From contig JBBQBB010000001.1 in assembly GCA_038317095.1 (NCBI GenBank), positions 64,011 to 128,010 on the forward strand: DNA of 64,000 nt. Direction: 5' to 3'. Position 1 is the stretch's first letter; each line of letters begins with the position of its first letter. The notes under the pieces were generated by a model that was not told where the DNA came from, made no database searches, and saw only the letters and a program-made list of their open reading frames with translations. Shown one piece after another: positions 57,611 through 64,000 of the stretch. The DNA is from Bacteroidia bacterium (GTDB taxonomy: Bacteria > Bacteroidota > Bacteroidia > NS11-12g > UBA955). The translations under genes were made by a program, and so were the position numbers.

Positions 57611-58674
57611 TTGAAAAAAGCGTAGTTTTAAAAGCACTGTCCAACGTGGATGATCCTGATTTTCAAAAGGATATTGTTAGCCTTGGAATGGTAGAGAAGT
57701 TGACAATCTCTGATACATTAATCTCGTTTGATTTGGTTTTAACCACCCCCGCTTGCCCTATGAAGGACATGATGGTGAATGCGTGTAAAACTGCTATTCG
57801 GGTTATGGTAGATCCCAACATTGAAACGCAAGTGAATGCCACCAGCCGAGTGAGCAGCACACGCAACCAAGAAGAGGTCTTAAAAGGGGTGAAAAATATT
57901 ATCGCCGTTGCCAGTGGAAAGGGCGGGGTAGGGAAAAGCACTGTAGCCGCAACTTTGGCGCTGGCTTTGCATAAAATGGGCGCAACTGTGGGATTGCTCG
58001 ATGCCGATATTTACGGCCCTAGTGTTCCTACTCTTTTTGGTATACACGATTCTCCCGAAATGATTACCCGCGATGGAAAACAGATTATGATTCCCATTGA
58101 AAAACATGGAATTAAACTTTTAAGCATCGGCTTTATGAGCAAACCAGGACAAGCTATAGTGTGGCGTGGCCCTATGATTTCTAGCGCCTTTAAGCAATTT
58201 ATCAACGATGTAGATTGGGGCGATTTGGATTATTTAATTATAGACCTACCACCTGGCACGGGAGATGTGCAACTTACGCTGTCTCAATTGGTTCCTGTTA
58301 CTGGCTGTGTAATTGTTACTACTCCCCAGCAGGTAGCTAAAAGTGATGCACAAAGGGCAATTTCCATGTTTAAAATGCCCGCTATCGCAAAACCAATTTT
58401 AGGGGTCATAGAAAACATGTCCTACTTCATTCCAGAAGATATGCCAGATAAAAAATATTATATCTTTGGCTCTGGCGCGGGTCACCAACTTGCGCTAGAA
58501 GAAGAAATTCCTTTTTTGGGGGAATTGCCTCTCACCAGTGCCATAAGGGAGCAAGCGGATCGAGGTGAAATTGATACCAATTCAATAGAGTTTGAGCCTT
58601 TTCAACGTGTTGCTGGAGAAATAGCCCGACAAATAAGTGTATTAAATTCAAAGGGATTTACTAACTTTGCATAG
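57607..58674 (+). CDS. apbC: Mrp/NBP35 (ApbC) Fe-S cluster carrier ATPase
   Basis: N-terminal DUF59-like domain. ASGKGGVGKST deviant Walker A. DLPPGTGD. Confidence 0.9.
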   Translation: MIEKSVVLKALSNVDDPDFQKDIVSLGMVEKLTISDTLISFDLVLTTPACPMKDMMVNACKTAIRVMVDPNIETQVNATSRVSSTRNQEEVLKGVKNIIAVASGKGGVGKSTVAATLALALHKMGATVGLLDADIYGPSVPTLFGIHDSPEMITRDGKQIMIPIEKHGIKLLSIGFMSKPGQAIVWRGPMISSAFKQFINDVDWGDLDYLIIDLPPGTGDVQLTLSQLVPVTGCVIVTTPQQVAKSDAQRAISMFKMPAIAKPILGVIENMSYFIPEDMPDKKYYIFGSGAGHQLALEEEIPFLGELPLTSAIREQADRGEIDTNSIEFEPFQRVAGEIARQISVLNSKGFTNFA

Positions 58675-58679
58675 TTAAA

Positions 58680-58925
58680 ATGGATAAGAACACCACATTG
58701 ATTAGCCAAATTTCAAGTGCACTCGACCAAATTCGACCCTATCTGCAAGCTGATGGTGGGGATGTGGAATTTTTGGAATTAAAAAATGGGAAAGATGTGA
58801 CTCTTAAGCTTACCGGAAACTGCAGTAGTTGCTCTATGAGTGACATGACGATGACCGCAGGTGTGGAAGAAACATTACGTCGTAGTGTGCCAGGTCTTGG
58901 AAAAATAAGTGCAGTTAAAGAATAA
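58680..58925 (+). CDS. NifU C-terminal-domain family protein
   Basis: IRPYLQADGGDVEFLELKNGKDVTLKLTGNCSSCSMS with the CxxC motif. Confidence 0.85.
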   Translation: MDKNTTLISQISSALDQIRPYLQADGGDVEFLELKNGKDVTLKLTGNCSSCSMSDMTMTAGVEETLRRSVPGLGKISAVKE

Positions 58926-59721
58926 CAACCCCGTTCCCGTTTTTCAACCCTACAAGCAAATTCCAGGCGTGTTTATTACAGCTGCAGTGCTGGCCGTAAT
59001 TCTGTTGCGCTGGGTCGAAAAACATTCCCCAGGCGAACCCGCAAATACAATTTATGGTCTCATTTTGTTCTTTGGTATCGTGCTCGTATATACCCTCGAT
59101 CATTTGTTTGATTTGGTGAAAATTGAACAAAAAAAAGCCATCATTCAGTCCCATCACTTTGTCAATGTTTTTATTTGTGTCGTTTCCTCAGCCGCCATTG
59201 GTGCACTGTTGGCATTTAATTCATCCAGTTTAGATTTCGGCCATTTTTGGATTCTGTTATTGCCCGCTTTTGTTTATGTTTTTGTGGCTCTAAACGTAAT
59301 TCCTTTTATTCGTGGATTTAAAGAATTAATTATAGCTTTAACTGTTTCCTTGTCTTTGGTTTATCCTCTTGTCAATGAACATCCAATGCTAATATTGAAA
59401 TTGGCTCTGCCCGCGTTTGTTGTTTGTCTTATGAATTTGCTTTTATACGGGTTTTTCGAAAAAGAAAAAGATAGTTATTTTGGTTTTAAAACAATCTATT
59501 CCAGTCGCGATTCTTATAAAGCCTACAAACACCTCATAAATGCATTTGTAATTTTAACGATTGCCTTGGCAATCGGATGGGTTTTTTTGGCCAACCTGAT
59601 TTTCCCTTTTGCTGCCGCCGCCGCTTTATACTGGATCGTTTTGGTTTTTCAAAAACAGATTTCGAATCCAAATATTTATCGGTGGCTACTAGACCTGGTT
59701 TTGGTAATTATTATGATCTAA
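58909..59721 (+). CDS. Polytopic membrane protein of unknown function
   Basis: About 7 hydrophobic segments. GTG start overlaps the nifU-like stop. No family was recognised, and the start is uncertain. Confidence 0.5.
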   Translation: MQLKNNNPVPVFQPYKQIPGVFITAAVLAVILLRWVEKHSPGEPANTIYGLILFFGIVLVYTLDHLFDLVKIEQKKAIIQSHHFVNVFICVVSSAAIGALLAFNSSSLDFGHFWILLLPAFVYVFVALNVIPFIRGFKELIIALTVSLSLVYPLVNEHPMLILKLALPAFVVCLMNLLLYGFFEKEKDSYFGFKTIYSSRDSYKAYKHLINAFVILTIALAIGWVFLANLIFPFAAAAALYWIVLVFQKQISNPNIYRWLLDLVLVIIMI

Positions 59722-60262
59722 TCTCCAACCCCGCCAACCAATGTGTTTGGCACCGAGCTGTGTAAATTTCTTTGCCTGCAATCAGTAAAAGTTCATTGCT
59801 ATCAACTTTTCTATGCGTATACGCTGCGACATTGCCACAAATTTCACACTTTGCCTTTAATTCAATTCTTTCCGTAGCCATTTTTACCAACAACGGGAAA
59901 ATGCCAAAATCTCTGCCTAAATAGTCTTTATCCAATCCTGCCGCCACAACTTTTATTCCCCGATAGTTTAATTCAGAAATGATTGTAATCATATTTTCTG
60001 AAAAAAATTGAATCTCATCCATATACACCTCTTTTATTGCCTCTCCCAACAACGGATAAATCTCTTCCGGTTTCGAAATTCGGTGGCCAGGGATTTGCAA
60101 ACCGCTATGGGTATTTATTTTTTCCGCCTGATAACGGTTGTCCATTAAAGGTTTTATGGACAACTTTTCTGCGTCCAAGAAGCTGCTGTAATTGAACATC
60201 TCAATCAATCGCGTGGTTTTTCCCGCAAACATGCAGCCAAATATTAAGGTAAAATCTCGCAT
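59711..60262 (-). CDS. tdk: Thymidine kinase
   Basis: GCMFAGKTT P-loop, DEIQFF, and Zn-ribbon CEICG...ARC. Confidence 0.9.
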   Translation of the reverse strand: MRDFTLIFGCMFAGKTTRLIEMFNYSSFLDAEKLSIKPLMDNRYQAEKINTHSGLQIPGHRISKPEEIYPLLGEAIKEVYMDEIQFFSENMITIISELNYRGIKVVAAGLDKDYLGRDFGIFPLLVKMATERIELKAKCEICGNVAAYTHRKVDSNELLLIAGKEIYTARCQTHWLAGLEIRS

Positions 60263-60296
60263 TTTGAATCCTCTTTTGTATTTTGCAGCCGAGTTT

Positions 60297-60920
60297 ATGG
60301 AAATCGAAGTTTCAAATAAAATACGCCTTGCGTTAAATGAATTGGCAATATTAAATCAGCCTGATGTAAAAAATGAAAAATTTATCTACCATGTGGATAC
60401 TTTGCAGCGATTGAAACAACTGTGCTCTGAATTGTATTTGTTGTCGGATCTAGAATTGAACCAGTCTGCATCTCAAGATGCCTCAGAATCTGTTTTGCCA
60501 GAGAAAATAGAGTTGATTATCCCAGCAATCACCATCGAGCATCCCCCAGAATTGGTTTTGCCATCTACCGAAATTTTGGCTCCCGTTATACCACCCGTCA
60601 TAAATGTACCGCCACCCTTGGAACCTATAACTGTGCCCGAAATTACAGAGCCGCAGATAGAACCTGTAAAAGAGCTCCCAAAATCCAATAAAGTTGAGAA
60701 TCTTTCTACAAAAATTTCTATTACCCGCAGGTTTGAATACATAAATAATCTTTTCGCAGGGAATGCAGATTCCTTTTTGTCTTTTTTATCCGAGATAGAA
60801 AATGCAAATAATCTAGATTCGGCCATCACTATTTTCGATCGTGAATACGAACAGCGCAACTGGAAAAAGAAAGCAGAATCTGCAGCGGATCTGAAGTCAA
60901 TGATTAAGAAATGGTTTTAA
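60297..60920 (+). CDS. Hypothetical protein with central Pro-rich linker
   Basis: ATG 60297 (MEIEVSNKI...) is chosen within the 60192 ORF, which would otherwise overlap tdk. Linker PPELVLPSTEILAPVIPPVINVPPPLEPITVPEITEPQIEPV. Confidence 0.55.
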   Translation: MEIEVSNKIRLALNELAILNQPDVKNEKFIYHVDTLQRLKQLCSELYLLSDLELNQSASQDASESVLPEKIELIIPAITIEHPPELVLPSTEILAPVIPPVINVPPPLEPITVPEITEPQIEPVKELPKSNKVENLSTKISITRRFEYINNLFAGNADSFLSFLSEIENANNLDSAITIFDREYEQRNWKKKAESAADLKSMIKKWF

Positions 60921-61036
60921 TTTTCCCGAACTTGATAAATTTTAGGAAGAACTGCCTTGGTTGAAATATGTAAAAAGTGTAAATTGTATGAAAACGCATT
61001 TGAAATAACCCCAATTCTCCCAATTCTTGCAGAAAA

Positions 61037-63103
61037 ATGAATTCACTAGGCAGCCTTCCGTTTTTGCGAATTACTTGCGCTTTGGCAATAGGCATAGCTG
61101 CTGCACTTTTTCTTTTTACTCAAACTTTTGCATCTAACCATTTCTTTGCGTTGGCTTTTGTCGCGGTTTTAGGGATATTGCTTTCTTTTTATTTTCAAAA
61201 AAAGCAAAAATCAAATATTTGGGCAGGTGCTTTTCTGCAACTCGCTTTAATTATTCTTGGATTTGTTTTGGGTAATTTTAGCAATGCTGGTAACAAACAG
61301 AGCTTTTTTGGCAACAACAAGCTAAATAACCAAAGTTCACTTTATCTGCTCCGTTTGGATGAAGAACCATCCGAAAAACCAAATACTTGGCGCTGTGCGG
61401 CAACCGTTTTAAAAACTGTTGACTCTAATGGCAGTGCATTAATGTGTGCAGGTCGATTGCTCATTTACTGGCCAAAAAAATACAATGCTGGTAGGCCTGC
61501 GTTAAAATATGGCGACGAAATTCTTGTTCCTAACGCTGTTATTCCTATGCCATCCGCAGCATTCCCTGATGGGTTTGATTTTAAAGCCGTTATGCGCTAT
61601 CGCAATATGCAACATCAACTTTTTCTTAAAAACAAAGAATGGATGGTTACAGCCAACTCTGCCCATTGGTTGTTTCGAAATTCCTATACAGTCAGAGACA
61701 ATGTTGTAGGCTATTTTCAACGCCATTACCCAAAACGAATCGCAGCCTTGCTAGAATCGTTGCTCATTGGTTTTAAAGACGATGTGGATCCTAACGATTT
61801 GAATGCCTTTGCCATTTCAGGTACTTTGCATGTTTTGGCCGTTTCTGGCATGCACGTGGGTTTGCTTTACCTCGTCTTGCTTTTTATGTTTACTGGTAAG
61901 CGCGTTGCGTTGCAAAATCCCTTTTGGCGCGGTTTTGTCATCCTTCTGGTTTTATGGGCTTTTGCGGTGCTAACTGGGTTAAGCGCTTCTGTCATTCGCG
62001 CTGCGTTAATGTTCAGCATTGTGGAGTTGGGGCGTAGCCTTTTTAAAAAAGAAGGGAATATTCTTAATTCCCTTTTTGCTGCCGCCTTTCTACAGTTGCT
62101 AGTCGACCCCTTGCAATTGATAGATGTGGGCTTTCAGCTCTCCTATTTAGCCGTCATTGGTATCGTGGTTATTTACCCTAAACTTTCTAGTTTATGGATG
62201 CCGCCAACCGCCGTTGCCCAGTTTTTCTACCAAAGCGCACTCATTAGCCTTGCTGCTACCCTGGCCACTTTCCCTATTTCATTGTACTTTTTTGGGGTTT
62301 TTCCCACCTGGTTCTTGTTTGCAAATATGATCATCGTTCCCCTTTCTACCTTTTTAATTCTCCTTACCTTGGTTTCCCTCCTATTTACAACCATCCCCAT
62401 TGTTTCTGTTGCATTTGTTTGGGCGGTAAAATGGACTACTCTCTTTTTGCTTTCAAATGTTCATTTTTTTTCTAATTTAACAGGGGCATCTCTTAGTGGA
62501 TTGCAGTTAGCTGAATTTGAAGTGCTGCTCCTGTTGGCAATGGTTGTTTGTCTTTGCTTGGCTGCTGTGTATAGGGTTAAAAATAGCTTCTTGCTCGCCG
62601 GCTTCTTTGCAGTTTTGTTCGGGGGAGGCGATGTTTATTACAACCAACATTTGCAGAACAAATCCGAAATTGTTTTCGCAGAAATACGAGGATACGTGCT
62701 GGTTTTAAATAAATTTAAAAACCAAGCCGATGTTTATACTTTGGCTATGCAACCATGGAAAGCAAAACAAATGCACAATTTTATCAAGCCCTACTTACTA
62801 AAATACAGAATTCAAAGCGTAAAATGGAACTTTGTAGGTAACATAAACAAGGACACGACATTCAATTTTGGGAAATCTATTGCGCCACTATCCATTTTTG
62901 AAACTTCTCATCAGCCAGGCCGATTTGCCATTCAATGGCAAAAAACATTGAAATATGAAAATACCATTGCAACCTGGATTGCCCAAAAACGCTATGCCAA
63001 TGGTTTACCAACCTCCACCTTGCGGCTTGCCAATAACTATTATAGAATTCCATTGGAGAATACCCCCCAAAACAAGCTTATCTACTCCCAATTCTATCCG
63101 TGA
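61037..63103 (+). CDS. comEC: ComEC/Rec2 family competence channel protein (no metallo-beta-lactamase domain)
   Basis: DUF4131-like N-terminus. Competence-domain motif ISGTLHVLAVSGMHVG and multiple TM helices. No HxHxDH motif in the C-terminal 200 aa. Confidence 0.9.
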   Translation: MNSLGSLPFLRITCALAIGIAAALFLFTQTFASNHFFALAFVAVLGILLSFYFQKKQKSNIWAGAFLQLALIILGFVLGNFSNAGNKQSFFGNNKLNNQSSLYLLRLDEEPSEKPNTWRCAATVLKTVDSNGSALMCAGRLLIYWPKKYNAGRPALKYGDEILVPNAVIPMPSAAFPDGFDFKAVMRYRNMQHQLFLKNKEWMVTANSAHWLFRNSYTVRDNVVGYFQRHYPKRIAALLESLLIGFKDDVDPNDLNAFAISGTLHVLAVSGMHVGLLYLVLLFMFTGKRVALQNPFWRGFVILLVLWAFAVLTGLSASVIRAALMFSIVELGRSLFKKEGNILNSLFAAAFLQLLVDPLQLIDVGFQLSYLAVIGIVVIYPKLSSLWMPPTAVAQFFYQSALISLAATLATFPISLYFFGVFPTWFLFANMIIVPLSTFLILLTLVSLLFTTIPIVSVAFVWAVKWTTLFLLSNVHFFSNLTGASLSGLQLAEFEVLLLLAMVVCLCLAAVYRVKNSFLLAGFFAVLFGGGDVYYNQHLQNKSEIVFAEIRGYVLVLNKFKNQADVYTLAMQPWKAKQMHNFIKPYLLKYRIQSVKWNFVGNINKDTTFNFGKSIAPLSIFETSHQPGRFAIQWQKTLKYENTIATWIAQKRYANGLPTSTLRLANNYYRIPLENTPQNKLIYSQFYP

Positions 63104-63409
63104 TTGACTGAAATTTATATTTTACACAGCTTGTGAAGTGAAAATCGTTTCAGTGAAATTGCAATATGACAAAAGTATGACATTTTAAAATTAAGGTAAT
63201 TTACAATATACTTTCCGCACTCTAAGTTGCATGTTCTGAATAAAATATCCAATTTCACAAGGGTTTAATACCCGCGTAACCTTTGCCTAATAAACTGCGT
63301 GTATGACATTCCCCTGACCCGAATATGACATTTCTAATTTTTTTTTTGCAAATGTTTTTTTTTCTGCCCACAATGTTTCGATATTTGACCCTTGTATAAA
63401 CCATACCAT

Positions 63410-64000
63410 ATGAAAAGTAAATTACTATTACAAACCAAAAAACTTGCACGCCTCTTAGTCATAACCGGACTAGGTATTTGTGCAACAACAGCGTCTGCGC
63501 AGGTTGGAACGGCGATTTCGATCGATCCAGCGGGCACACCGTCAAACTCAGTTTTTAAAGACTGGAATTCGTTTTGGCGTTCTCTACAAGGTCTATCCAG
63601 AACGGATGGCGGTACTACCGTTACTCCTAATGGCAGTGGAAATTATGTTACGGCTGCAACTACAGTTACCGTAAAAGCCAGTATGACAGAGGTAAACACC
63701 ATTACTGTCCCTCAAATTGCAGGTATGTCTTCTACCAACACCATCACTATTGATGGCGGTGGATTTTCAGTAACTTATGCGGGTACTGCAGGTCTTCCAG
63801 AAGTTATGAGTTTTACAGGAGGTGATTATTTCACCGTTAATAAATTAACGGTTATCAACTCTGGAACTGCTACCAACATTTGGGGTGTTCGCTTAAGCGG
63901 CAATTCCGATTACAACACTTTTAGCGGTTGTAATTTCCAAATGAGTGCGTTAACTACAGGTTCAATCTCTTCTAGTGGAGCATTTTTTGGAATTGCTGGA
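63410..64000 (+). CDS. Secreted protein, N-terminal part only (runs off the window); probable beta-helix surface or T9SS-type protein
   Basis: ATG 63410 gives MKSKLLLQTKKLARLLVITGLGICATTASAQ (signal peptide). 197 open codons follow, rich in T/G/S/N repeats (...TITIDGGGFSVTYAG..., ...LTVINSGTATNIWGVRLSGNSDYNTFSGCNF...). It is absent from the ORF track because there is no stop in the window. Confidence 0.75.
   Translation, partial: MKSKLLLQTKKLARLLVITGLGICATTASAQVGTAISIDPAGTPSNSVFKDWNSFWRSLQGLSRTDGGTTVTPNGSGNYVTAATTVTVKASMTEVNTITVPQIAGMSSTNTITIDGGGFSVTYAGTAGLPEVMSFTGGDYFTVNKLTVINSGTATNIWGVRLSGNSDYNTFSGCNFQMSALTTGSISSSGAFFGIAG

Overview
This looks like a chromosomal segment of a Bacteroidota genome. 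The evidence is low G+C, TAnnTTTG -7 promoter boxes, several proteins with type IX secretion (T9SS) C-terminal sorting domains, a Rho with a long N-terminal insertion, and the DUF4290-murA, dapB-lepB and rpsU-xerC-hpf neighbourhoods. About 60 protein genes fill almost the whole window. Most are housekeeping: nuoABCD, rho, murA, dapB, lepB, mltG, rpsU, hpf, xerC, tdk, a deoxynucleoside kinase, mrp/apbC, nifU, comEC, comEA, kmo, an acyl-CoA dehydrogenase and an alpha-oxoamine synthase. I found no rRNA, tRNA or CRISPR array, and no intact mobile element. I cannot identify a clear multi-gene novel system. The best leads are listed here. (1) A peptidase island at 1.2-9.0 kb holds an M61 peptidase, a secreted caspase-fold protein and two tandem paralogous secreted trypsin-fold/ankyrin fusions. 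(2) A winged-helix plus ComF-like phosphoribosyltransferase gene pair is split into two overlapping frames behind a palindromic operator (37.6-38.6 kb). (3) A decay zone at 31.9-34.3 kb contains a G+C-rich, hairpin-dense noncoding island that ends in a strong terminator. It also holds a degraded IS630-family element with an A7 frameshift site, a 5'-truncated T9SS cargo gene and a C-terminal relic of a Pls/PosA-type NRPS. (4) -7 promoter boxes recur only 4-6 nt upstream of start codons, which implies leaderless mRNAs. (5) Several genes are disrupted or degenerate: an ABM-family pseudogene, a homopolymer frameshift, and a dihydroorotase paralog without metal ligands. All functional calls come from motif and family recognition by eye, not from database searches.
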